A stretch of 64,000 bases of DNA from Octopus sinensis (GCF_006345805.1 NC_043006.1:44330001-44394000); one strand, 5' to 3'; positions 38,549-53,824 are shown, counted from the first letter of the stretch. A program made the numbers and translations. Notes: generated by a model not told the origin, from the sequence alone.

Positions 38549-41500
38549 CATATATATGACGGGCTTCTTTCGGTTTCCGTCTACCAAATCCACTCACAAG
38601 GCTTTGGTCGGCCCGAGGCTATAGTAGAAGACACTTGCCCAAGGTGCCACGCAGTGGGACTGAACCCGGAACCATATGGTTGGTAAACAAGCTACTAACC
38701 ACACAGCCACTCCTATGTATTTTTTCTATCTTGACTTTTTTCCATATATATATATATATATATACACGTATGTATGTATGTATACATGATGGGCTTCTTT
38801 CAGTTTCCATCTACCAAATCCACTCACAGGGCTTTGGTCAGCCTGAGGCTAAAGCAGACACACTCGCTCAAGATGCCACGAGGTTGATACTGAACCCGGA
38901 ACCATATGGTTCGGAAGCAAGCTTCTTACCACACAGCCTTTGTGCCACTTTTCCACTACACACACTCACACACATATGCAGATGTATATGTTATGTAGAT
39001 ATCTTTAAGCAACCCCATTTGTCTAAAAAAAACGAAAATAACAAGGGTTATTTATCCAACAAGTGAACTAAATAAACCTAGAAATAGTCAACATAGTTCT
39101 GTTGTTTTTCTTGATTTTCCGTTTTACATTTTTTACTATATTTTTTTTTTTTTTTAGTCTGTTTTGTCAATATGCAACATCACTAGTAAAAATATCATTG
39201 TACCAACAGGAAATACGTTTTGATATAAAACTACAATACAGCAACTAACTTGTAATGGCTTCTACATTTTACTATTTTGTCAATAGTATACTTAGTACAT
39301 ACTTCGTAAGTTAAATGCCATTGTGACGATAGGAAGTGAGTTAAGAAACAAAAGGACACTGAGTCACACAAAACTATTGACTGAGTTCAGATGTCTCAGT
39401 AAGAAAGGAGTAAGCCAAATGGGCGTTTCAGTTTGAAAGTAGGATTGGCTTTGTTAGTGTTGTTTTTAGTTTGTTTTGTTATTTTTTTTTTTTGCAGTTC
39501 CTGACACAAGGATGTTTTTTGGTTATTTTTTCGTTTTTTATTTTTTTGGTAAATGCAATTAAAAACTAATTTTGTTTACCATACACTGAGTGATTTCAAA
39601 GAATCCCTAAATTCTTTGATTTTTCAAATTTTTCTAGTTGCTTCAGTCACTGGAGTGTGGCCATACTGGAGCACTACTTTTAAAGTTTAATTTTAACAAA
39701 CTGACCATGGTACTATTTTTATTATAATTATTTTTTGCATGGTACATATTCCACCATTTGCTTTTGGCTGAACCACTAAGTGACAGTGATGTAAACAAAC
39801 CGACACCGGTTGTTAGGCAGTGTTGGGTACAAACACAAACACACACACACATACATATATATAATATATACATAAATGTATATATGTGTGCGGGTATGAG
39901 TGTGTGTGTGTTTGTATATACGTATGTATATATCTGTGTATCATCATCATCCTCATCATCATTTAACATCCATTGTCCATGCTGGTATGGGTTGGACAGT
40001 TTAACCAGAGCTGGGGAGCTGCACCAGACTCCAGTCTAATTTGGCATGGTTTCTACAGCTGGATGCCCCTCCTAATAACCACAATTTTACAGAGTGTACT
40101 GGGTGCTTTTACATGGCACTGCACGGACACTTTTATAATAGGCTTCTCTCAGTTTCCATCTCCCAAATCTACTCACAAGGCTATGGTCAGCCCAGGGCCA
40201 ATTTCTTGCCACACAGCCATACTGGCAACTTTTCCTTTTTTTTTCATTTATGTTCACAAGTAGGGGTCACAAGTGTAAATCCCTTTTGCTGGGTGGCTAC
40301 ATAAAACTAACCATTCTTATAGTAAGACTCCTTATCAATGAGTCGACTCTTTCACAAACCGTCGCTGCTGATGGCACTCTGCAATATAGCATCATAATCA
40401 TCATCGTTTAACGTCCGCTTTCCATGATGGCATGGGTTGGACGATTTGACTGAGGACTAGTAAACCAGATGGCTGCACCAGGCTCCAGTCTGATCTGGCA
40501 GAGTTTCTACAACTGGATGCCCTTCCTAATGCCAACCATACCGAGAGTGTAGTGGGTGCTTTTATGTGCCACCAGCACGAGGGCCAGTCAAGCAGTACTG
40601 GCAACGGCCATGCTCAAATGGTGTTTTTTACATGCCACCTGCACAGGAGCCAGTCCAGTGGCACTTTTACATGCCACCTGCACAGGAGCCAGTCCAGCAG
40701 CACTGGCAATGACATTCATAGTCTAGATACAAATGCTCTTGCTTACAAATTAATCCATTCGGAGTCTACAAAACCTACTAACATTTTGAAATGATTTATC
40801 ACATACAACTGTTTTGACTACCAAATTCTGGTTTTAAGTGTGTATTTAAGTAAATTTAATATCATTTGCAGATAGACAAGTGTAAATAAAATCCAGGTTG
40901 TTATCTGATCTGCAGACAGAAAAATAGAGCACTGACTTGACCTGGTTTCAAACCTAGTTGAGGGTTATCTTCATGTACCTTGGACAAGTGTCTTCTGCTA
41001 TAGCCTCAGACCGATCAAAGCCTTCTGAGAGGATTTGGCGGATGGAAATTGAAAGAAGCCTTCCATATACATCTATGTATGATGGGCTTCTTTATATGTG
41101 TATTAGTGTGTGTGTGTGTGTGTGTACGCGCGTGTGTGTGCGCGTGTGTGCGCGCGTGTGTGTGTGTGTGCGCACGTGTGTGTGTGTGCACGTGTGCATG
41201 TGTGTACGCCACATTCTCTTTGACATCATGTGATAGTTGTAAGTATCACTGTCATACAAGCAGTGTCATTCATTTCTAATATTCTGCAAAAACATGCCTG
41301 GTCATGGGGAATATTACCTTGCATGGAAACAGGGGAAGGTTGGCAACTAGAAGGGCATCCAGCCATAGAAAATCTGCTTTGACCCATGGAGACTTGGAAA
41401 AGGTGTTAAATCAATGATGGTGGTGGTGATGATGATGATAATGATGAAAACAATGATGATGATGACGACGACAACGACGATGGTGATGACGATGGTGGTG

Positions 41501-42240
41501 ATGGTGGTGATGGTGGTGGTAGTGATGATGATGATGATGATCTGTTGTTAACTGCAAATCCTAATGTCAAAGTTCAAAATAAAAGGTACAATTTATACAG
41601 TATCCCTCTTGTAGAAGAACCAAAATTTCAAAGGCAGGAGGCATTTTAGAAAACTGATAGCTGGAAGTAACCTCTGAGAAATAAAGCCAAAATGCAGTGG
41701 TTCAATTGTAAAGCTTGAAATAAAATTGCATTTACTTTCATTGTTGGCCTGTATCAACTTTTATTAAAGTTGGCATTTACTGGCATTCCTGAAAGGTCAT
41801 TTCCGTTCTTTAAAACAAAACAAAACAAAATGGAAAAGTAAAAAAAACAACTGTTGAAAGTGAGCAATTCAGCATGAGAATTATAAAACAAGCAAAAAAA
41901 AAAAAAATGATGATAGATTCAAGAGAATGAAAGTTTCAAAGACTTGTAGAATGAAAGAAAGAGAGAAAAAGTTAATGAAATTTAAATGAAGTAATTTTTC
42001 TATAAATATAATTCCAGTTGTGCTGGACGCCAAATCATTAATATTCAGTTTCCTTCTTTCCTTAATTTTTTTTTTTTTAAATACTTCTGTTTTATATTTG
42101 ACATTGAATCCAAGATAGGGAAGGCAATGGAAAAGCAGAAGAAATTGGTTGCTCTTTCTTTATAAGCATTCTTACTATTATAGTTGTTTGCAGTAGACAG
42201 GCATTTATGGAGCTCCAATTTATTATATGATTTCTACAAG

Positions 42241-42632
42241 TACTAGCAGTATCGCCCAGAGTTGTTCAGCTTTGTTTCAACCCTTTACAATTGGAATTTT
42301 TGAAAAGTAAAAATTTTGCATAATGTAGCACGTTATTCTCTTTAAGTGAACATTTTTCTGGTTGAAATACACCGAAAAATGGCGACACAGCAGTCAAAAA
42401 ATCATAAAAAATAGGGATTTTCATAGAAAAAAGCACCTTGTTGATGTAAATAATTTTTGGTCTTAACATGGTCTGATTTGAATTTTATCTTCTACAGAAT
42501 GAAGAGCAAGCCTTCTTCTATCATACTCTCAATTTTGGTCAACTTGTGCCGCAGGGTCTCAGAGGAGATAGTGTTAGTTGAAGGCTACCAAACCTGCCAT
42601 GCACAGACAACTTCAGCTTTATATATAGAGAT
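42241..42632 (+). mobile_element. Helitron-like non-autonomous element
   Basis: Starts TACTAGCAGTATCGCCC and ends ...cagctttatatatagagat, a terminal pattern typical of ACTAG...TATATAGAT Helitron derivatives. Confidence 0.45.
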
Positions 42633-42686
42633 TAATGATGGAAGCAGTATTAATAGCAAAAAAGCAATCATTATGTCCAACTAAAA

Positions 42687-42832
42687 ATGGATGCCTTGTT
42701 AGAACACCAAAATGCTGCATTATTAACCTTGGGAGATCCTCTCATATTGGCACTTGGTGTTAATAAGCACTTATATAAGAGGATCTCTCAAAGCTAATAA
42801 TGCAGGATTTGGTGTTCTAATAAGGGATTCAT
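42687..42832. repeat. Imperfect ~146-bp palindrome (MITE-like)
   Basis: ccttgttagaacaccaaa..tgcattatta..gagatcctct pairs with agaggatctc..taataatgca..tttggtgttctaataagg. Confidence 0.75.
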
Positions 42833-43188
42833 GTTGAGTTGGATATAATGATTACTTGAAAATATAAGGACAGATTTAAGAAGAAAGAAAAACAAGAAGA
42901 AAAAATGACAAATATACACAGTTGTAATTTGAGGAAAATAGAGGGGAAATGTGACAAAAATGTAAATTTAGATGACAATAACAAAAGCACCAACCAAAGC
43001 AACTATGACAACTCCTATCAGCATTGCCGTGTGCTCTCGACATGTATGCTCCAAGTAGAAATGGAGACAAATGAAATAACCTTCAAACCACTAGAATACG
43101 AGGTTAATGAGGTAAGGAACTGAAAAGGTAAAGAGTCTCTTCTTCCAGCAAATCATCAGTTACAGGCTCCAATCAGCGGTCTCAGCCC

Positions 43189-43623
43189 CAGCACTGGATT
43201 AACCTCTAAGCAAAATAAGCATGTGCTTAGGGCATTAAAGGGAATGGGAGCACCACAGAAATGGTAAATTGTCTACGGCACAAAAGAAATCACTTTAAAC
43301 TTGTTAAAATGATATTCGAGGTATTGTATATGATCAGAAATATAATTTCAAAGTGTTCATGGTGTCATAGGGAAGATTTGATCAAAGACTTTGGAATTAG
43401 AAAAAGCAGGAGAAAACTTTTGAAATATAAAGTGGAAGCATAAAAAGATAAAATAAACATTTTTTCCTATCTTACTTATTAGTTTGATTTCATTTTGAAA
43501 CACAAAAAAAAAAAATATAATAATTCTATGGATTATTATTGTTTAAATTTTGAATTTCATATATATGGTGGCACCAAAATCTTTTAAGTGGTTGGGGCCT
43601 CTTTGGGTCTTAATCCGGTCCTG
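43189..43623. mobile_element. hAT-like MITE
   Basis: Termini CAGCACTGGATTAA / TTAATCCGGTCCTG (CAGGGCCGG-type); 8-bp TSD not clearly preserved. Confidence 0.45.
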
Positions 43624-43849
43624 GTCGCCTCTACCATCTAACAATGTTGAGATGATGGAACCTGGGAAAGGGTTGGGAAAGCATCAAAAGCAGTAAGAAA
43701 AGAAGGGAGCAAGATATATATATGTACATAAAGAGTGAACCAAGACAAATAGGGTGCTGGAAGTAGTTCTCAGTGGTTCAAAATGAAAACTAGAACCTAC
43801 TGGAAATGCTGTGGAAGCTAAAAGACAACAAAAACAAAGTGTGTGTGTG

Positions 43850-43916
<67 letters not shown>

Positions 43917-44030
43917 CATTATCATTAAGATTAAAATAAAAATTATCCCCTCAAAAATGCCTCTTTCTTTCAAAACTATATATAATACTGTACCAAGAAC
44001 TTCTCTCTTTATTATTCTACTATATATACC

Positions 44031-44062
<32 letters not shown>

Positions 44063-44229
44063 CATACATACATGTATATGTATATACATACATACATACA
44101 TACATATATACATATATATGTATATACATACATACATACAATACATACATACATAGATACATACATATATATATACATACATACATACATATATACATAC
44201 ATACACATATATATATATATATATATATA

Positions 44230-44303
<74 letters not shown>

Positions 44304-44790
44304 CATATATATATATATATACTGTTGTTAACTGAGGAGGAAATAGGAAGTGAGCACAGCCAACACAAACATAACTGACGATTGGTGAAAATCACATCAG
44401 CAATTCATCAACAGCTAAAGGAACACTACCCAGAGAAAATGGGAGACTTCATGGTTCAGCAAAGATCAAAGATGTTCATGGGTAATTTTTTGAGGACTCA
44501 GCTGGCAAAAATGGTGATCAGAGTAGAATGAGGTCAGAGTCATGGAGTGCTCTGGCCCCACATAGGTAGCAGCTTTATATCTTGTTTGTTTGTGTACTAA
44601 ATCTACAACCTGTTTTTATGTATTCTATTACGTTTTTGCTCCATTCCCTGTTTTTTATGTATATGTGTGGATGTATGTACCCACCATGTGTTTTGTTACC
44701 ATTTAAAATTATATTTTTGTATCAGTTCTGGTCCTTGCAGTCAACAAAGAAATAATAATAATAATGATAATAATTATGATAATAATAATG

Positions 44791-44821
<31 letters not shown>

Positions 44822-45134
44822 TCCTTTCTACTATAGGCACAAGGCCTGAAATTTTGGGAGAGGGGGGGCCAGTCGATTAGACCAACCCCATTACGCAACT
44901 GGTACTTAATTTATCAAGTTCAGCAGAATTTGAACTCAGAACGTAGTGGCAGACAAAATACCACTAAGCGTTTCGCCCGTATACAGTATGTTTCTCTGCT
45001 CTAGGTATCAGGAAGACACTCAGCAAGAAATGGAAACAGAATTGAAAGAAGATGCTAACGAAAATATATGATGATAATAATAATGATGATGATGATGATG
45101 ATGATGATGGTAGTAATAATATAGTTGTCAGAGA

Positions 45135-45520
45135 TCACAATGCTTGCTAATCGATGTATCAATACCAACAGATGGCAAGGTTTCTCTAAAGGAAACGGAG
45201 AAACTTTCAAAATGCAAAGATCTGGAAATAGAGGTAACTTGAATGTAGAGTCTAAAAACATAAAACATTCCTATCATAATAGGTGCAATAGGTATGATAA
45301 AAAAGACATTCAGATAATTACATAACAAAAACACCAGGACTAACAAGTATATAAAGCATACAGAAAATAGAACTACTAGGTACTGCAAACATGCTATGTA
45401 AAACACTTTCAATACAGTAAAAACAAGAGCATCACAACAAACCACAGTACATACCCAAAGCACACAGAGCTGCACTCGGTAGTGCAGTGAAAGCACATGA
45501 TGAAAATAAGACTACTGTAT
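45135..45520 (+). mobile_element. 3' end of an RLE-type (R4/R2-like) LINE
   Basis: QCLLIDVSIPTDGKVSLKETEKLSKCKDLEIEV followed by frameshifted IPIIIGAIGMI..LLGTA; (TAA)n tail. Second copy at ~55360-55615(-). Confidence 0.75.
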
Positions 45521-45530
45521 AATAATAATA

Positions 45531-45639
<109 letters not shown>

Positions 45640-46225
45640 GAGACACTTGGCAAGAAATGGAAACAAAATTAAAATAATAATAATAATAATGATAATAATA
45701 ATAATAATAACAATGATTTTGAATTTTGGCACAAACCCAGCAACTTCAGGGGAGGGAGTCAGTCGATTACATCGACCCTGAAAGGCAAAGTCAACCTCAG
45801 TGGTATTTGAACTCAGAACATAAAAACAAATGAAATGCTGCTGAGCAGTTTGTCCAGAGTGCTTATGATTCTGCCAGCTCGTCACTGTAATAATAACAAT
45901 AATAATGGCTCTATAAGTTCTGGATTCAAATTCTACCACAGTCAACTTTTCCTTTCATCCATTCAGGTTCAATAAAATAAATGCCCATTGAGCACTGGGG
46001 GGGTCAATAAAATCGATTTTCTCCTTTCCCTCAAATTGCTGGCTATGTGTCAAAATAAGAATGAATCATTATAATAAAAAAAAAAATCATTATTATTATT
46101 ATTATTATTATTTAAAAATTTTCTTCAGTAGTTTCACATGAATTTCTGTTGCACCATCTGGTGCACCACCATGTTCCTGAGGTGTGGGTGGCATCCTCCT
46201 CCTCCTCCTCCTCCTCCTCCTTCTC

Positions 46226-46256
<31 letters not shown>

Positions 46257-46257
46257 A

Positions 46258-46289
<32 letters not shown>

Positions 46290-46295
<6 letters not shown>

Positions 46296-46860
46296 TGAGT
46301 GAGAGAGCAGTGTATGCCATCAAAGTGATACAGGGGTACAAATATACGAAGCCCAATATACCCGTCATGGTCACCCGTCTGATAAGGGTACACCAGGCAC
46401 ATGCATCACAACCATATGTGTGCAACATGGTGATCTCATATCAAGATAAACAGCGCATGATCTTGCAGGTGAGGCCCAGTTAGAATTTTCTTCAGGTTGA
46501 GTAGTCCATCCTGCTCAAGAGGTTCCTGAATAAGGTTTGTTTAAAGATAATGCACAAAACACCCATGTTTCCTAAGGTGAATTATCCAAACCCCAAAGAA
46601 TTCCTCTCAATGCATAGTTATGATGCTCCCCCACTACTTCTGCTCGTGATCAGAGATGCACATATCGTCAGCCACTAAGGGACATGCTCAACTGGTTAAG
46701 GTCAAAACAACTGACAAGCAAATCTGTGGTATTGAGCAGAATATTTGCTGTAGCCCATCTTTTATACCAAGACAAAACAATGTACATGATAACACTTCCA
46801 ATCAGTTAAAATCAGAAGCCATGAGAGCCACTCCATGGTACTGCATCAGGGTATTTTATT
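46290..46860 (-). mobile_element. Unclassified ~570-bp non-coding interspersed element with (AAT)n tail
   Basis: Bounded by microsatellites; no ORF; CCAAT at 46798-46802 and TATAAAAG (minus) at 46759-46766. Confidence 0.5.
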
Positions 46861-46872
46861 ACATCAGGGTAT

Positions 46873-46911
<39 letters not shown>

Positions 46912-47071
46912 TTCACTCGTCACTACGTTCTGAGTTCAAATTCCACCGAGGTCAGCTTTACCTCTCCTCCTTTTGGGGTCGATAAATTAAGTACCAGTTG
47001 AGTACTGGGGTGAATGTAATCAACTTAACCCCTCTCCCGAAATTTCAGGCCTCGTGCCTATTGTAGAAAGG

Positions 47072-47109
<38 letters not shown>

Positions 47110-47363
47110 CACCATCATCATCATCATCATTATTATAATTATTATCATTATCAATTTAAGGTGGCAGAATCGTTAGTACACCAGGGAAAATGCTTAGCAG
47201 CATTTCCTTTGTCTTTACATTCTGAGTTCATATTCCACCAAGGTTGACATTACCTTTCACCCTTTCAGGGTCAATAAATTGAGTACCAATTGTTTATTAG
47301 GGTTGATCCTATCAAGTAGCCACCTCCATCAAAATTTCAGTCCATTTGCCTATAGTAGAAAGG

Positions 47364-47446
<83 letters not shown>

Positions 47447-47718
47447 GGCAGCAAGCTGGCAGAGTCATTAGCACACCGAGTGAAATGCTTTGAGGTATTT
47501 CGTCCATCTTCATATTCTGAGTTCAAATTTAACCTGATGTTCACTTTGCCTTTCATCTTTTCGGGGTCAATAGATTAAGTACCCATGAAACCCTGGGGTC
47601 GTTGTAATCGACTGGTCACCTCCCCCGAAATTCCAAGCCTTTTGACTTTAGCGCAAAGGATTATTATAATAATAACAATAATGATAATAATAACAATAAT
47701 AATAATAATAATATAATA

Positions 47719-47764
<46 letters not shown>

Positions 47765-48341
47765 GTTGTTGTTGTTGTTGTTGTTACTATTGAAAATAGC
47801 TCATGCTCGAAATTTTAAGAATTAACCGATATTTACATAAATTCCATTTTTGCTCCACCAAGCTCTTCCACGCCATCATCATCATCATCATTGTCATCGT
47901 CTTCATGAACAGCAACAACAACAACAACAAGTTAGTCACTTAGTGAGTTATGTTTAGCTGTCCTAGTTAGTTACTTTTCTACTGCTTTGTAAAGTTGACA
48001 TCAATTTTTCTCCACTCAGTTGACCTTGAAAACGTAACACTGTAAAAATCTATACTTCAACCATAAATACAACTCGGAGAGGAAGCTGCTGTAAGTTTGT
48101 TTGTTTGCTTGTTATTTTCTCTTTTATTTTGTTTCTTTATCTGTTTTTTTTTTATATTTTTGGTTCAAAAACTTTCTTGTTGATTTTATTCATTTATTCT
48201 TTTACTCGTTTCAGTCTTTGTAAGCCTGGTGCTTATTCTATCGGTCTCTTCTGCAGGACTGCTAAGTTACGGGAATGCAAGCACACCAACATCAGTTGTC
48301 AAGCGATGATGGTGAGAACAAACAGACACAAACACACATAA

Positions 48342-48374
<33 letters not shown>

Positions 48375-48406
48375 TATATAACCTACATACATACTACATA
48401 CAACAC

Positions 48407-48478
<72 letters not shown>

Positions 48479-48501
48479 ATATATTATATATATATATATA
48501 T

Positions 48502-49324
48502 ATACAAGATAAGAAAATGGAGAAATACATCTAAATCAAATATCAATTACCAGATAATACTCAATCACATACTTTATTAAACCACCACATAAGAGACTGT
48601 AGGGTTAAACATAAAAAAGCAGAACAAATCAGTGTACATAAAGGAATGTACATAAAAAAGTGTACATAAAAGAGTAATGTTGTATAATAAGTAGAATATA
48701 TATAAAAAAGAGAATACACATATAAGTAAATATAAATATAAGTATAGATTACATCTTACAGCTGTTTCGGCCATGTAGATAAGTATGTCTCATTTTACCA
48801 ATATTAGCCTTTTATGGTAGGTCAATATATAGATATAAATGAGACATTTACAAAAATATCATAAGGCCTCTTCGGAGATAATATATACATATGAGTGCAT
48901 ATACTCACACTCCTATACATATAAAAATATGCACTCATATGTATATGTATATCTCCGAAGAGGCCTTATGATATTTTTGTAAATGTCTCATTTATATCTA
49001 TATATTGACCTACCATAAAAGGCTAATATTGGTAAAATGAGACATACTTATCTACATGGCCGAAACAGCTGTAAGATGTAATCTATACTTATATTTATAT
49101 TTACTATTTATTATATTCTCTTTTTTATATATATTCTACTTATTATACAACATTACTCTTTTATGTACACTTTTTTTGTACATTCCTTTATGTACACTGA
49201 TTTTTTGCTTTTTTATGTTTAACCCTACAGTCTCTTATGTGGTGATTTAATAAAGTATGTGATTGAGTATTATCTGGTATTGATATTTGATTTAGATGTA
49301 TTTCTCCATTTTCTTATCTTGTAT
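48502..49324. repeat. ~820-bp fold-back palindrome with an HHR in each arm
   Basis: Arms ~48502-48902 and ~48927-49324, near-identical in reverse complement; mirrored ORFs 48577-48774(-) and 49056-49250(+). Confidence 0.95.
48948..49080 (+). ncRNA. Type I hammerhead with CCGAAGA core and 92-nt stem II insertion
   Basis: TATATCT-CCGAAGA-GGCC-[92 nt including atgtctcattt/aaatgagacat]-GGCC-GAAAC-AGCT-GTA-AGATGTA. Mirror copy at 48750-48880(-). Confidence 0.75.
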
Positions 49325-49494
49325 TAGTATTTGTGGTAAATCATTTTACCTTTGCCCATATAATACAGTAAATGAATGATTGCAACATCGCAATCCTTAA
49401 CATTTATGTATTAACTTTGTTGGGTACTTCACTAGCAGTATACTGGATATATGTTATCCCATAGAGGGTTGCATTTACAACCCCTATCTCAATT

Positions 49495-49822
<328 letters not shown>

Positions 49823-50269
49823 ATAAATTAATGGTAAAATATCTTTTTACCTTCACCCATTTAGTACACTAGGTAATGTAATTGCAATGCAATAAAAAAC
49901 ACTTGTGTATTACTAATTGGGTATTCTACCAGCAGTATATGGGATAGATATTATCCCTTAGTGGGTTGGATTCACAACCTCTAACTTTCTTGGAGTTTAT
50001 ATATATATATGTGAAGGCTTCTTTTAGTTTCCATCTACCAAATCCACTCACAAGGCTTTGCTCAGCCTGAGGCTATAGTAGAAGACACTTGCCCCAAGGT
50101 GCCATGCAGAGGCACTGAACCCAGAACCATGTGGTTGGGAAGCAAGCTACTTACCACACAGCCATGCCCGCTCCTAATTATATAATTATTTTAAAGTTCC
50201 ACACAGGCAATTTCTTGTCATTGTAGAATATTGTAAATTATGCAGATATCCTTTCATGTTTACAATCAT

Positions 50270-50976
50270 CATCACCATTATCCCCACCAACAACAACAGC
50301 AACAATAACAACAACTACAACACCATAATCATCATCATCATCATCATACCCACCACCAAGATCATTATTATCATTGATATCATAATCATTATCATCATCA
50401 TCACCATAAATATCACCATCACAATGGCCACCACCACTGACTCTACCACCACCACTACCATTACCACCACTACTACTACCACTACTAACATTAGCACCAC
50501 CACTACTACCACTACTTCCATTACCACCTCCATTACCACCATCACTACCATTACCACTACCACTAACACAGTTACCGCTGTTACCACCATTACCACCTCC
50601 ACCACCACTACAACCACCACTACCACCACCACCACCATTACTGCCACCACCACTACCCATTACCACCTCCACCACTACTATCTTTACCACCACCACCACC
50701 ACCACTACAACCAGCACCATTACCACCACCAAAAACAACAACAACGCAGTAGTGATCATCATCAACATCATTGCAGCTGCGGGCGCCACCATTCCAGTGC
50801 CATCCTTGTAGTTGTGATGGCATTGTCTATCGTCAATGACACAGCAGCCCAGTTTCACTCCCTCAGCTGGAACCCACTTCACATCGTCTCATTTGCAAAG
50901 TGCTTGGAACAAGAGTTAGGAGGCAGAACACAGTCAGTAATGGGCAGAATTACAGAAAAACAAAGCAGCTTATATT

Positions 50977-51022
<46 letters not shown>

Positions 51023-51097
51023 GGTGGTGGTGGTGGTGGTGGTGGTGGCGGCGGCAGTAGTAGTAGTAGTAGTAGTAGTAGTAATAGCAGCAGCAGC

Positions 51098-51129
<32 letters not shown>

Positions 51130-51148
51130 TAGCAGCAGCAGCAGCGGC

Positions 51149-51208
<60 letters not shown>

Positions 51209-51210
51209 TA
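50270..51210. repeat. Compound CAC/CAT/TAG/TGG/CAG trinucleotide arrays
   Basis: Directly visible; source of the poly-T/G/V ORFs. Confidence 0.95.
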
Positions 51211-52249
51211 TATTTGCTATTGCTGTCATTGCTTAGCCCTAGGTCACACCTGACTCAGCAGATCTATGATCAAAGGCATTTCAACCACAATCGTCCAGTC
51301 TTTCTAGGATTTCTCACCTGCTCTCACTCTCTCCCCACTCTCCTCTCTCTCTCTTCTAATAATTAGTTGCAGTAGGCCAAGAGGGACCAAATCACGATGA
51401 CTTCCTTCAGCGAGGAATGAAAGAAGAGATGAACTTGAAGGTAACAACCCTTTTGTAATCAACCAAGCTAAACCTTTCAAGACAGTGACCTAGCATGGCC
51501 ACAATCTAATGACTGCAACTTGTAAAAGATAAAAAAAAAAAGATAAAAGATATCTGAGTAGATAGAATGGTGAGGAAGAATAAGATGCTGGTTTGGTAAA
51601 CAGAAATGGTTCAAAAACTAGAATTACATTCTTTTGAAATTCTTTAGACACTTCTGGTGCAGCTTTTTGTCCGTCTTTACATTCTGAGTTCAAATTCTGC
51701 CAAGTCTGGCTTTGCCTTTCAGCCTTTCAGGGTCAATAAAGTAAGTACTAGTTGAGTACTGGCGTTGATGTAATCAACTTAACCCCTCCCCAAAAGTTTC
51801 CAGCCTTGTGCCTATAGTAGAAAGGATTATTGTTAACGGCAGCGAGCTGGAAGAAACGTTTGCATGCTGGCGAAATGCTTAGCGGTATTTCGTCTATCTT
51901 TACATTCTGAGTTCAAATTCCGCCGAGGTCGACTTTGCCTTTCATCCTTTCAGGGTTGATAAATAATACCAGTTGCATACTGAGGTCGATCTAATCAACT
52001 ACCCCACCCCCAAGTTCCAGGCTTTGTGCCTATTGTAGAAAAGATATTTTATGGCTTGACACAATGAAAAAATGGTAAGGACTAAAGCCACTTAAGACCA
52101 TTTTATAACATTTGTATTAATTAATCCAACTCTGTGAAATCATAAATTTAAGCAGAAGGCAAGATTAGCCGGTTGACTTAACCTCATTATATTACTGGTA
52201 CCTACTTCATCAATGCCAGACGATGGAAGGTAAATCAGAGCATGATGGG

Positions 52250-52289
<40 letters not shown>

Positions 52290-52861
52290 AAGCTTGTTTC
52301 TGTCATTGAACAGTGGCGATGCTGAAGCACTGCCCAGAAGGGTTTTGTCAGACAAATTGACCCTGTCTCTTTTGCTGAACCACTATGTTACAGGGCCATA
52401 AACAAATCAGCACTAGTTGTCAGCTGGAGGTGAGGAAGGCAACAAACAGAGGCACAAAAACATATACACATATTCGTGTGTGTGTGTGTGGAGGCACATC
52501 TGTCAGTGGTTAGAATGTCAGGCTCACAACCATGAGATAACGAGTTTGATACCCAGACCGGGCTGTGTGTTGTGTTCTTGAGCAAGACACTTTATTTCAC
52601 ATTGCTCCAGTTCACTCAGCTGTAGAAATGAGTTGTGACATCACTGGTGCCAAACTGTATCAGCCTTTGCCTTTCCCTTGTGCAACATCAGTGGCATGGA
52701 GAGAGAAAGTTGGTATGCATGGGTGACTACTGGTCTTCCATAAACAACCTTGCCTGGACTTGTGCCTCAGATGGGAATTTTCTAGGTGCAATCCCATGAT
52801 CATTTATGACCGAAGGGAGTCTTTACCTTATATGTGTGTGTGTGTGTGTGTATTTTTTTTC

Positions 52862-53345
52862 TCAGGTTAAAGGAGAGGTTTTCTTCTCGCTGCTCATCCA
52901 TAATACCCAAGCTTATCCAGATATGTAACACACATTCTTGGACTAACTTCTAGCTGTTTTGCAATGTCAGAAGCCTTCAAACAGGGTTCGTTTTCCACAG
53001 TTCTTCAACCAGTGAAGCTTCCTTTCCGAGGGCCCAGGTTGGCCAGGACGAGAATCTGTTGGCTTTTGAATTGCACTATAAATCTATTAACTGTACAAGA
53101 GAAATTTGAAGATTTTTGGCAATTTTTCACTGGCTAAGACCAGGCTCAGATTGCCCAACAATACGACCCCTTTGAAAATCTGACAGTTGTGCTGAATTTT
53201 TTGTGCGTGGCTTCACAAATGTTTAATATAATGGCACCTGGAATGAAAAAGAATAATTACATTGTAAATTTTACACTGCTGAAAACATATTAAGACGCTT
53301 AGATCAGAAGTTATGAAAATTAAAGGTGTCTATTTACTTCCTGCA
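52862..53345 (-). mobile_element. Tc1-like transposase 5' fragment
   Basis: KPRTKNSAQLSDFQRGRIVGQSEPGLSQ*KIAKNLQIS ... LKASDIAKQLEVS..LGYYG*AARRKPLL. Confidence 0.7.
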
Positions 53346-53365
53346 TGTCTGTGTATGTATATGTC

Positions 53366-53419
<54 letters not shown>

Positions 53420-53776
53420 ATATATATATATATATACAATATATATATAATAACACTCACGGAGTGGTTGGCGTTAGGAAGGGCATCCAGCCGTAGAAAC
53501 ACTGCCAGATTTGACTGGCCTGATGAAGCCTTCTGGCTTCACAGACCCCAGTAGAACCGTCCAACCCATGCTAGCATGGAAAACGGACGCTAAACGACGA
53601 TGATGATGATGATGATGATATAAATGGAGTTGAATGCAGATGTTATTCAAATTCTTTTACTTTTGACATATGGTTCAAAGACAACATTGGTTTTATTCCA
53701 AAGGAATACTCTGGTAACTGTTTATTGAATTTTCCATGTTAATGGTAAACAAAGGATAATTCATTCATCCATTTAC

Positions 53777-53824
<48 letters not shown>

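Noticed and set aside
43022-43112. Possible plus-strand exon ending GAG|GTAAGG
   Set aside because: Lies in a region of probable decayed LINE sequence; peptide unrecognised and no partner exons.
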